32,000 nt of DNA from Dickeya dadantii NCPPB 898 (GTDB taxonomy: Bacteria > Pseudomonadota > Gammaproteobacteria > Enterobacterales > Enterobacteriaceae): contig NZ_CM001976.1 of NCBI RefSeq assembly GCF_000406145.1, positions 1,465,315-1,497,314 of the forward strand. The letters run 5' to 3'. The notes beneath the pieces were generated by a model. That model ran no database searches and was not told the DNA's origin. It worked only from the letters and a program-made list of their open reading frames with translations. Positions within the stretch are counted from its first letter, which is position 1. Each line of letters starts with the position of its first letter. Positions 24,876 to 32,000 of the stretch are shown piece by piece. The translations under genes and the position numbers were made by a program.

Positions 24876-24959
24876 ATGCTGCGCTGTGAAATGTTTAACA
24901 CTTCACATCCTTTTGGCGATCGCCGTTGCTCAAGCGTTATCGATATCGTGCTGCGATAA
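24876..24959 (+). CDS. 27-codon leader-like small ORF upstream of the ABC-F gene (hand-found)
   Basis: The best SD in the window: AAGGAGG (24863-24869) lies 6 nt before ATG 24876. Translation is MLRCEMFNTSHPFGDRRCSSVIDIVLR, with stop TAA at 24957-24959. The ABC-F start is 110 nt downstream, across alternative hairpins. Confidence 0.45.
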   Translation: MLRCEMFNTSHPFGDRRCSSVIDIVLR

Positions 24960-25068
24960 CGGTGGCTTGAGCGAAGCAAACCTCATTTCTCCTTCTCTCG
25001 GGCTTACCGGGTTATCGTCAGCGGTGTGTTGACGAGGCACAGCTGTGCCTGTAACTCTTGAGTAAGCA

Positions 25069-26799
25069 ATGAGCACTTTACTGACTGTACACTCCCTGAG
25101 TGTGGATACTCCTTTCGGCCCTCTGCTGAACGACGTTTCTTTTACCCTGAATAAAGGCGACCGCCTCGGTCTTATCGGCCATAACGGCTGCGGCAAAAGC
25201 ACGCTGCTGAAGCTGCTGGACGGCACGCTGACGCCGGCTCGCGGCAGCGTGACAAAAGCCCATCACTGCCTGCTGGCGCGCGTCGAACAGCATTTGCCGG
25301 CGGATCTGCATTCGCTGACGATGCTGGAGGCGGTGCTGGCCCGTCTGCCCGAGGCTGAACGCGCCGGCGAGCGCTGGCGGGCGGAAGCCCTGCTGGCGGA
25401 GATGGGATTCGGCGAATGGGACTGGCTTCTTTGCGCCGGCACCCTGAGCGGCGGCCAGCACACCCGGCTACTGCTGGCGCGGGCGCTTGTCACCTCGCCG
25501 GATCTGCTATTGCTGGACGAGCCGAGCAACCATCTGGACTTGCCGACGCTGTTGTGGCTGGAGCAGTTCCTGCAACGCTGGAGCGGCAGCTTTGTGCTGG
25601 TGTCCCACGACAGCCAGTTGCTGGATAACGTCACCAACGGCAGTTATATCCTGCGCGACCGGCAACTGCATTACTTTGCGCTGCCTTGTAGCGCCGCTCG
25701 TACCGCGCTGGCGGAGCGCGATCGCAGCGATGCGTTGCGCCGTAAAGCGGAACAAAAGGAAATCGACCGCGTTACCGCCAGCGCCAAACGGCTGGCCGTC
25801 TGGGGCAAGGTCTACGATAACGAAGATCTGGCGCGCAAGGCCAAGCAGATGGAAAAGCACATCGAACGGCTGAAGGACGATCAAACCGAGCTGACCGCCG
25901 GCAGCCAGTGGCGGCTGGCGCTGCATGGCGACGCTCTGGCCGCCGATCGTCTGCTGGAAATGACGGAATTGGCGGTGAGCCCGGCGCCGGCGTGTCCGCC
26001 GCTGTTTACCCTGCCGTTGCAGCGGGTGAAAAGCGGCGACCGGGTGGCGATTATCGGCCGTAACGGCTGTGGTAAGTCATCGTTGCTGCGCCTGCTGTGG
26101 CGGCAGTATCAACATCCGTCGGCGGACCCGTCGATTCGCCTGCACCCGCGCGTTCGGCTGGGTTATTACGACCAGACGCTGCATCAACTGCGTGACGACG
26201 ATACGCTGTTCGATGCGTTGACGCCGTTCGCGCCGCTGGCGCAGGACCGCAAGATGGCGCTGATCAGCGCCGGATTTCCGTGGTCGCGGCATCAGCAGAC
26301 GGTCGCTACCCTGAGCGGCGGCGAACGCGCCCGGCTGCTGTTTGTCGGGCTGTCGCTGGCGCGCTACGGATTGTTGATGCTGGACGAGCCGACCAACCAT
26401 CTGGACATGGAGGGCAAAGAAGCGCTGGCCGACACGCTGCAAACCTTTGGCGGCGGCGTGCTGCTGGTGACGCACGACCGGGCGCTGATCAGCCACAGTT
26501 GCAACCGCTTCTGGCTGGTTGATCACGGGGTGTTGAGCGAGTGGCACGATCTGGATCAGGTCTATCAACGGCTGAGCGAGCCAGCCGGCGGACCGACGGC
26601 GCACGTGGTGCAGCCGTTAGCGGCGGCGGCGGCGTCGGATCATGTCGATGAAGCCGATGTGCAGCTGGCGCAACTGGTTGAGCTGGAACACCGGCTGGCC
26701 GAGGATCTGGCGCGTAAGTCGAAGCACCAGAAACCGGCGCTACAGGCGCAGTGGCGAGAGGAGATCGCCCGGCTTAACGCCCTGCTGGGGCTGGTGTAA
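25069..26799 (+). CDS. ABC-F family ATPase (two tandem ABC domains, no TM domain; translation-factor type)
   Basis: Walker A GHNGCGKS and GRNGCGKS, signatures LSGGQHTRL and LSGGERARL, Walker B LLLLDEPSNHLD and LLMLDEPTNHLD. A basic inter-domain linker is present (RRKAEQKEIDRVTASAKRLAVWGKVYDNEDLARKAKQMEKHIERLK), along with a C-terminal coiled-coil tail. Confidence 0.9.
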   Translation: MSTLLTVHSLSVDTPFGPLLNDVSFTLNKGDRLGLIGHNGCGKSTLLKLLDGTLTPARGSVTKAHHCLLARVEQHLPADLHSLTMLEAVLARLPEAERAGERWRAEALLAEMGFGEWDWLLCAGTLSGGQHTRLLLARALVTSPDLLLLDEPSNHLDLPTLLWLEQFLQRWSGSFVLVSHDSQLLDNVTNGSYILRDRQLHYFALPCSAARTALAERDRSDALRRKAEQKEIDRVTASAKRLAVWGKVYDNEDLARKAKQMEKHIERLKDDQTELTAGSQWRLALHGDALAADRLLEMTELAVSPAPACPPLFTLPLQRVKSGDRVAIIGRNGCGKSSLLRLLWRQYQHPSADPSIRLHPRVRLGYYDQTLHQLRDDDTLFDALTPFAPLAQDRKMALISAGFPWSRHQQTVATLSGGERARLLFVGLSLARYGLLMLDEPTNHLDMEGKEALADTLQTFGGGVLLVTHDRALISHSCNRFWLVDHGVLSEWHDLDQVYQRLSEPAGGPTAHVVQPLAAAAASDHVDEADVQLAQLVELEHRLAEDLARKSKHQKPALQAQWREEIARLNALLGLV

Positions 26800-26809
26800 A
26801 TCAAACCTC

Positions 26810-26829
26810 GCCCCCTCGTCAGAGGGGGC
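26810..26829. terminator. Shared hairpin terminator between convergent ABC-F and lutC
   Basis: gccccctc (26810-26817) and gagggggc (26822-26829) form a perfect 8-bp GC stem with a 4-nt loop. It is followed by ATTTGC on the plus strand and GAGGTTTGATTT on the minus strand. Confidence 0.6.
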
Positions 26830-26866
26830 ATTTGCAGTGGCAGCCTGGTACCTTATGCCTGTGCTA

Positions 26867-27562
26867 TCAGCAGTCCTCAATAATCAGGTACGCCGCGTTC
26901 AGCGGCCCATGCACCCCCACCACTTTGATCAGTTCGATATCGGCGGTAGAACTGGGTCCGGCGATCAGGTTGATGCACGACGGCAGCGCTTCGCCCTGTC
27001 GCGCCCGCTGGCGCAGATGCTGGGCCAGTTGCGCCACGCGCGGCAGCAGGCAGCTTTTACGTACAATAAACAGTGTGGACTCCGGCAGCAGAGTGATGGC
27101 GCGCCCCTGTTGCGGCGTCGAGAACAGCACCACGCCGCCGGATTCGGTCAGGCCGTACTCGGCGTACACCACGCCGATGCGGGCCTGCGTCGCCAGCCGT
27201 AGATTTTCCTCGCCGGCTGTCGGCTCCCAACACTGTGCCTGATACGCCTGCCGTAGGTGGTCGGTGACGCCCAGTTCCGCCAGTCGCGGGTCGCCGCTGA
27301 CCAGCACCGGCGCGCCGCCATAACGCTGGCACAGGCGCGCGGCGGCCTGCGCTACCTCAGCCTGCGGGGTGAGTTCACAGTGCGCCTGCATCACGTTGCC
27401 GGCGTAGTCGATAAAGGCGTCGCAGCGTTGCTGCGGCGTCAGTTCGGTCAGGCGGATGCGGGCCGGGTCGTTGTCCAGCGGCGGCAACGGCGGCGGCGTT
27501 TGACGTGGTTCACGACCGAGCCGGCGGGCCAGCGTGGACAGAAAGGCATCGCGGTTTTCCAT
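26867..27562 (-). CDS. lutC: Lactate utilization protein C (LutC/YkgG)
   Basis: Track ORF trimmed to ATG 27562 (MENRDAFLSTLARRLGR...). It is the third gene after lutA and lutB, and its start overlaps the lutB stop by 1 nt (TAATG). Confidence 0.8.
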   Translation of the reverse strand: MENRDAFLSTLARRLGREPRQTPPPLPPLDNDPARIRLTELTPQQRCDAFIDYAGNVMQAHCELTPQAEVAQAAARLCQRYGGAPVLVSGDPRLAELGVTDHLRQAYQAQCWEPTAGEENLRLATQARIGVVYAEYGLTESGGVVLFSTPQQGRAITLLPESTLFIVRKSCLLPRVAQLAQHLRQRARQGEALPSCINLIAGPSSTADIELIKVVGVHGPLNAAYLIIEDC

Positions 27563-28989
27563 TAACGTTTCTCCCTGGTCTGGCGTTGATGCTGTTTGAA
27601 CCAGCTGCGGAAGCTTTCGCCGTCGGCGTCCGGCAGGTCGCGGGCGGCGGTCCATTCGCTGATAGCGCCGAGGTTAAACGGCATCTTGCCGTCGCGAATC
27701 AGCCAGCGCGCGGCGCGCGCCCCCGCCACCATGCCGACTTTCCACACCCCCGGATGGCGGTTGGCGTAGTTGAACAGTTGAACGGTGCGCCGTTCGGCGG
27801 CGGGCGTCATGCCGTTTTCCGCCAGCGTGCGCCGGTGTTGCAGGATCAGCGAGGACAGCGGAATGCGCACCGGGCAGACGTCGTCGCAGGCGGTGCACAG
27901 CGAGCAGGCGTAAGGCAGATGTTTGAAGTCTTCATATCCGCCCAGCAGCGGCGACAGCACCGCGCCGACCGGGCCGGGATAGATGGAGCCGTAGCCGTGG
28001 CCGCCGATATGGCGGTAGGCGGGGCAGGTGTTGATGCAGGCGCCGCAGCGGATGCAACGCAGAATGTCGTGGAACGGCGACCCCAGCACCTGCGAACGGC
28101 CGTTGTCGACGATCACCAAATGAAACTCCTCCGGGCCGTCGACGTCGTCGCTGCCTTTCGGGCCGGTCAACCAGGTGTTGTAGCCGGTTAAACGGGCGCC
28201 GACCGCGCTGCGCGCCAGCATGGTGAGGATCACGTCCAGCTCGTCAAAGGTGGGGACGATGCGCTCCATGCCCATGACGGCGATGTGGGTGCGGGGTAGG
28301 GTAGTGCACAGCCGGGCGTTGCCTTCGTTGCTCACCAGACTGACGGTGCCGGTTTCCGCCACGGCGAAGTTACAGCCGGTGATCCCCACTTCGGCGCTGA
28401 GAAAATCTTCGCGGATTTTCTGGCGGATAAAGCGCGTCATCGCTTCCGGTGTTTCCGGGCCGTCGTAGTCCAGCTGCTGTTGCAGTACGCGCTGGATTTG
28501 ATGGCGATCTTTGTGGATGGCGGGCACCACCACGTGGGAGGGCGCGTCCTGATCCAGTTGCAGGATGTATTCGCCCAGATCGGTTTCCACCACCTCGATG
28601 CCGGCGGCCTGTAGCACGGCGTTCATGCCGATCTCTTCGGTCACCATGGATTTGGATTTCACCACCTTGCGGGCCTGTTTGGCCTGCGTCACCTGCAAAA
28701 TATACCGGGTGGCGTCTTCGCGGGTTTCGGCAAAAAACACCTTGCCGCCGTTGGCGGTCACCTGTTCCGACAACTGGTACAGGTAGGCGTCGAGATTATC
28801 GAGCACGTGGGCGCGAATTTGCGCCGCCCGCGAGCGCCAGACATCCCACTGGCCCAGTTCATCGACCATCTTCTGGCGGTTGGCGCCAATGCGCTCCTGC
28901 GCATTGGCGACTGCCTGACGCATGATTGGGTTGTCGATCTGCTGACGGATACGTTCGCGAAACGGCAGGTTGCTGGTTTTGAGGTACAT
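27562..28989 (-). CDS. lutB: Lactate utilization iron-sulfur protein LutB (YkgF)
   Basis: Two ferredoxin-type clusters (CIRCGACINTCP, CSLCTACDDVCP), 475 aa, with AAGGAG SD upstream of ATG 28989. Confidence 0.88.
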   Translation of the reverse strand: MYLKTSNLPFRERIRQQIDNPIMRQAVANAQERIGANRQKMVDELGQWDVWRSRAAQIRAHVLDNLDAYLYQLSEQVTANGGKVFFAETREDATRYILQVTQAKQARKVVKSKSMVTEEIGMNAVLQAAGIEVVETDLGEYILQLDQDAPSHVVVPAIHKDRHQIQRVLQQQLDYDGPETPEAMTRFIRQKIREDFLSAEVGITGCNFAVAETGTVSLVSNEGNARLCTTLPRTHIAVMGMERIVPTFDELDVILTMLARSAVGARLTGYNTWLTGPKGSDDVDGPEEFHLVIVDNGRSQVLGSPFHDILRCIRCGACINTCPAYRHIGGHGYGSIYPGPVGAVLSPLLGGYEDFKHLPYACSLCTACDDVCPVRIPLSSLILQHRRTLAENGMTPAAERRTVQLFNYANRHPGVWKVGMVAGARAARWLIRDGKMPFNLGAISEWTAARDLPDADGESFRSWFKQHQRQTREKR

Positions 28990-28998
28990 GGCGTCTCC

Positions 28999-29718
28999 TT
29001 AACGGCTCATCAGCACTTCGGCGATATGCAACACCTGAACGGCGTGCCCTTCACGCCGCAGCCGCCCGCCGATGTTGATAAGGCAACTGACATCGGCGCC
29101 GATCAGGTAGTCTGGTTTGGCTGCCATGATGTGCGCTACCTTTTCTTTCACCATTTCGCCGGAGATCTCCGCCATTTTGACGGAAAAGGTGCCGCCGAAA
29201 CCGCAGCAGGTTTCCTGCGCATGAAGCGGCAGCAGTTCCAGGCCGCGTACCTGACTCAGCAGCGCCAGCGGTTCGTCGCGCACGCCCATTTTGCGAAACA
29301 GGCTGCAAGAGGGGTGGTAGACCGCCTTGCCCGGCAGGCGGGCGCCGACATCGGTGACCCCGAGCCGGTTGACGATAAACGAGGTGAGGTCAACCATCCG
29401 GCCGGCGACGCGCTCGGCGCGACTCGCCCAGGCCGGTTCATCGGCCAGCCAGTCGGCATAATGGCGGATAGCGTTGGTGCAGGAGCCGGCGGGCGAAATA
29501 ATCGGGTCATCGTTCTCTTCCAGCGTGGCGATCAGCGTTTTCATGCCCGGCAGCGCGTCGCGGATATACCCGCTGTTGATGGCGGGCTGACCGCAGCAGC
29601 CTTGCCGCTCGGGAAAGTGGACGCGACAGCCGAGCTGTTCCAGCAGCAGCACGCTGTCACGCGCCATACGCGATTTGAGCGCATCGCCGATACAGGTGAC
29701 AAAAAAATTAACGTTCAT
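28999..29718 (-). CDS. lutA: Lactate utilization protein LutA (YkgE; CCG-domain Fe-S oxidoreductase)
   Basis: MNVNFFVTCIGDALKSRMARDSVLLLEQLGCRVHFPERQGCCGQP and a second CCG motif (QETCCGFGG). Confidence 0.88.
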   Translation of the reverse strand: MNVNFFVTCIGDALKSRMARDSVLLLEQLGCRVHFPERQGCCGQPAINSGYIRDALPGMKTLIATLEENDDPIISPAGSCTNAIRHYADWLADEPAWASRAERVAGRMVDLTSFIVNRLGVTDVGARLPGKAVYHPSCSLFRKMGVRDEPLALLSQVRGLELLPLHAQETCCGFGGTFSVKMAEISGEMVKEKVAHIMAAKPDYLIGADVSCLINIGGRLRREGHAVQVLHIAEVLMSR

Positions 29719-29783
29719 GTTGTGTTAGCTTCCAGTTTGTAGGGGTTAACGGCGTATCGGTTTAAAAAGGTGTCGGTTTAAAA

Positions 29784-29806
29784 ATAACGATGGCGCTTAT
29801 CGTTAT
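29784..29806 (-). terminator. cfa terminator hairpin (between cfa and lutA)
   Basis: ataacgat (29784-29791) and atcgttat (29799-29806) form a perfect 8-bp stem with a 7-nt loop. On the minus strand it is followed by TTTTAAACC. It lies 46 nt downstream of the cfa stop. Confidence 0.5.
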
Positions 29807-29851
29807 GCGTTCGCTGGCCTTCGCCCGTGGCCTGAACGCATAGGTGAACAT

Positions 29852-31000
29852 TCAGCGCGGCACGCACAACCCGTGTGTGACGCCCCGGCTAAACAGGACT
29901 TGCCATAACTGAATGTTTCTGGCCCGAAAGGCGCCGGCGCAGGCGGTCAGGTAATAACTAAACATACGCCGGAAGGCGGGCGAATAATGTGCCGCCAGTT
30001 GCGGCCAGGCTTCGGTAAAACGGGTCAGCCAGGCCATCAGGGTTTTATCGTAATCGGCGCCGAAGTTGTGCCAGTCTTCCATCACAAAATAGGATTCGCT
30101 GGTGTTGGCAATCTGTTTAATGGATGGCAGGCATCCGTTGGGAAAAATGTATTTATTAATCCACGGGTCAACGTTATGAGCGGTTTTATTCGACCCTATG
30201 GTATGCAGCAGGAACAGGCCGTCCGGCTTCAGGCAGCGATCCACCACCTCAAAATAGGCGGCGTAATTTTTCGGCCCGACATGTTCAAACATGCCGACGG
30301 AGACAATACGGTCGTACTGCTGGCGCAGATCGCGGTAATCCTGCAATAGAATATGGACATCCAACCCGCTGCAGCGCGCTTCCACAAAGGCTTTCTGCTC
30401 AGCGGAAATGGTGACGCCATGCACGGTGACGCCGTAATGCTGGGCGGCGTACACCGCCAGACCGCCCCAGCCGCAGCCGATATCCAGCAGCGTCATGCCG
30501 GGTTTGAGCCGGAGTTTTTCGCAGATCAGCGCCAGTTTGTTTTGCTGGGCGTCGTCAAGGGTGTCGGCCTGTTTCCAGTAGCCGCACGAATATTGCATGT
30601 AGGGATCGAGCATGTGGCTGAACAGGTCATTGCCGAGGTCATAGTGTGCTTTGCCGACCTGCCACGCACGTTTGCGGGACTGAAGGTTGACCAGCCGTGC
30701 CAGGGTGATGCGCATCAGATCGCGCCAGCGTGACGGGCATTGTTCATCCAGCCGGGCGGCGAGTAACCGGTGAAAGAACATATCGAGCCGCGGGCAGTCC
30801 CACCAACCTTCCATGTAACTTTCACCCAGGCCAAGCGAACCCTGTTGTAATACGCGTTTGAAAAAGCGTGGATCGTTAACCTGAATATCCCAGGCTTCGT
30901 CGCCATTAATGGTAATGCCGGCCTGATGTAATAATTCCTGCGCCATACGCCGCCATTCATTTTTTTCGCTGATATCCTCAACGATGCACACATTACTCAT
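29852..31000 (-). CDS. cfa: Cyclopropane-fatty-acyl-phospholipid synthase
   Basis: Collinear with E. coli Cfa (FFKRVLQQGSLGLGESYMEGWWDC, VLDIGCGWGGLA SAM motif, VSVGMFEHVGPKNY, INKYIFPNGCLPS, ACAGAFRARNIQLWQVLFSRGV). 382 aa. AAGGAGA SD. Confidence 0.95.
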   Translation of the reverse strand: MSNVCIVEDISEKNEWRRMAQELLHQAGITINGDEAWDIQVNDPRFFKRVLQQGSLGLGESYMEGWWDCPRLDMFFHRLLAARLDEQCPSRWRDLMRITLARLVNLQSRKRAWQVGKAHYDLGNDLFSHMLDPYMQYSCGYWKQADTLDDAQQNKLALICEKLRLKPGMTLLDIGCGWGGLAVYAAQHYGVTVHGVTISAEQKAFVEARCSGLDVHILLQDYRDLRQQYDRIVSVGMFEHVGPKNYAAYFEVVDRCLKPDGLFLLHTIGSNKTAHNVDPWINKYIFPNGCLPSIKQIANTSESYFVMEDWHNFGADYDKTLMAWLTRFTEAWPQLAAHYSPAFRRMFSYYLTACAGAFRARNIQLWQVLFSRGVTHGLCVPR

Positions 31001-31351
31001 GATGTCTCCTTTAACTAACAGTTAATTCAATTGGTTATCGATAATGCTGATCACTACTTGGGCACTGTTTTTTCGGATGACATCGTGTCGCCGTCGGCAA
31101 AATGTTCTATTTCATCAAAAGGCGGACAAGCTATTACTAAAAACGGCAAGCGGCCGTGACATAAAAATAATGTCGCTTCCATGAATTCTTCCTCAATCCA
31201 TTTACTGGTTTGAAAAATCGTACAATCACAGCGAGTTCGTTCATCAGGCCATGAGCTGGCACCTGCTGAATAGATGCTGATTATCGGGCAAATCAGGCTG
31301 GCCTGCGTTACCCTATCGAGACAAACTTCATCGAATAGAGGTCAGGCCGTC

Positions 31352-32000
31352 ATGTCGCGTTCGTTTGTTTCTCCCCCCCGTTTGCCGGTGGCCGGACAGC
31401 CCGCGCCGGTATTGCTCACGCTGCCGCGGCCGGTCTACTTTCGCAGCTATCCGCTGGCGAAGGAGACGCAGGTGGCGCAGCACCAGCACCCGTTTGTCGA
31501 ATTTCTGTATGCGCGGGAAGGCGGGATGCGGGTGGAGATTGAAGGCAAGACGCTGATCGTGCCGGTGCTGTACGGCGTCTGGATTCCGGCGCACGTGCCG
31601 CACCGCATTCTGGCGACCAGCGACGTGCTGCTGGAGAGTTTGTACATCGAGCCGGATTACGTGGCTATCGATTACAGCGCTTGTAAGGTCGTGTTGGTCA
31701 GCGATTTCATCCGCGAGTTTATCCACTACGCCACCAGACATGTGCCGGAACAGTATGACCACGATGGTGATGACGCCAGGTTGGTTCGGGTGTTGACCAC
31801 GCTGCTGCGACAGCTGCCGGATGCCGGGTTTTCGCTGTCGTGGCCGCATTCGGCCACGCTGATGCGAGTATGCCGCGATATTCAGCAAACCCCGGATGTG
31901 GCGCACGGCATTGAGGAGTGGGCTTCCCGCACCGGGATGTCGGTGCGCACCTTTTCGCGCCGTTTCAAAAAGGAAACCGGGGTGGCGTTCAGCGAGTGGA
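31352..32000 (+). CDS. AraC/XylS-family transcriptional regulator (cupin-like N-domain), 3'-truncated by window end
   Basis: Hand-translated from ATG 31352 and open to the window end: MSRSFVSPPRLPVAG...HQHPFVEFLYAREGGMRVEIEGKTLIVPVLYGVWIPAHVPHRI... then the start of the HTH (IEEWASRTGMSVRTFSRRFKKETGVAFSEW). It is not in the ORF track because no stop is reached. Divergent from cfa. Confidence 0.8.
   Translation, partial: MSRSFVSPPRLPVAGQPAPVLLTLPRPVYFRSYPLAKETQVAQHQHPFVEFLYAREGGMRVEIEGKTLIVPVLYGVWIPAHVPHRILATSDVLLESLYIEPDYVAIDYSACKVVLVSDFIREFIHYATRHVPEQYDHDGDDARLVRVLTTLLRQLPDAGFSLSWPHSATLMRVCRDIQQTPDVAHGIEEWASRTGMSVRTFSRRFKKETGVAFSEW

Noticed and set aside
27505-29742. Plus-strand ORFs of 228, 158 and 311 aa antisense to lutB/lutA
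   Set aside because: These are shadow ORFs. The minus-strand products carry unmistakable Fe-S and CCG motifs.
31054-31182. 42-aa minus-strand ORF (MEATLFLCHGRLPFLVIACPPFDEIEHFADGDTMSSEKTVPK) with a GAGGAA SD-like element upstream of cfa
   Set aside because: It lies where E. coli cfa has a long sRNA-targeted 5' UTR. There is no recognisable family, and a single by-eye SD is insufficient. It is probably part of the cfa leader.
31328-31906. 192-aa minus-strand ORF at the right end
   Set aside because: The opposite (plus) frame encodes a convincing AraC-family protein with cupin and HTH segments, while the minus-strand translation is Arg/Gln-rich filler.
1-32000. Searched by eye for CRISPR arrays, tRNA/rRNA genes, IS elements/transposases, integrases, prophage genes and long inverted repeats
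   Set aside because: Nothing found. The only repeats are the short tandem or direct repeats and hairpins listed, and no regularly spaced repeat-spacer structure or cloverleaf-like segment was seen. A covariance-model scan (tRNAscan-SE/Infernal) would be needed to exclude small RNAs formally.

Overview
High-GC (by eye about 60%) chromosomal window of enterobacterial type. ProP, EfeUOB, Cfa and LutABC are close to their E. coli counterparts, and a Dickeya/Pectobacteriaceae-like host is only a guess. I support about 28 protein genes.

Gene order, left to right:
- a 3' gene fragment, then a Sel1-repeat lipoprotein and a DKNYY secreted protein (+)
- a dgcN-dgcA-dat-like D-amino-acid operon (-)
- an 0.8-kb AT-rich gap, then a sensor diguanylate cyclase (+)
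- efeUOB plus a Cys-rich DUF1272 gene (+)
- proP (-)
- a low-GC islet of about 1.9 kb with two uncharacterised genes (-)
- an RND efflux pair (-) divergent from an OmpR/HK two-component pair (+)
- a LysR regulator (-) divergent from VOC and TauE genes (+)
- a 27-codon leader-like ORF followed by an ABC-F ATPase (+)
- cfa then lutABC (-)
- a partial AraC-family gene (+)

I found no rRNA, tRNA, CRISPR array, transposase or integrase.

The best candidate for something undescribed is the islet at about 13990-15950. It contains:
- an orphan 332-aa protein with a by-eye Pol-beta nucleotidyltransferase signature (hGG...DxD), reminiscent of AbiEii-type toxins
- an upstream 51-aa basic ORF that is below the ORF-track cutoff
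- a hairpin with a U-tract lying between the two genes and abutting the second gene's start codon
- a perfect 16-bp palindrome over a -10-like hexamer upstream

Secondary leads:
- the strong-SD leader ORF with alternative hairpins upstream of the ABC-F gene
- the dgcN-dgcA operon ending in dat
- DUF1272 tacked onto efeUOB
- several short tandem or direct repeats in regulatory positions

All family calls come from reading the translations. No database search was possible.
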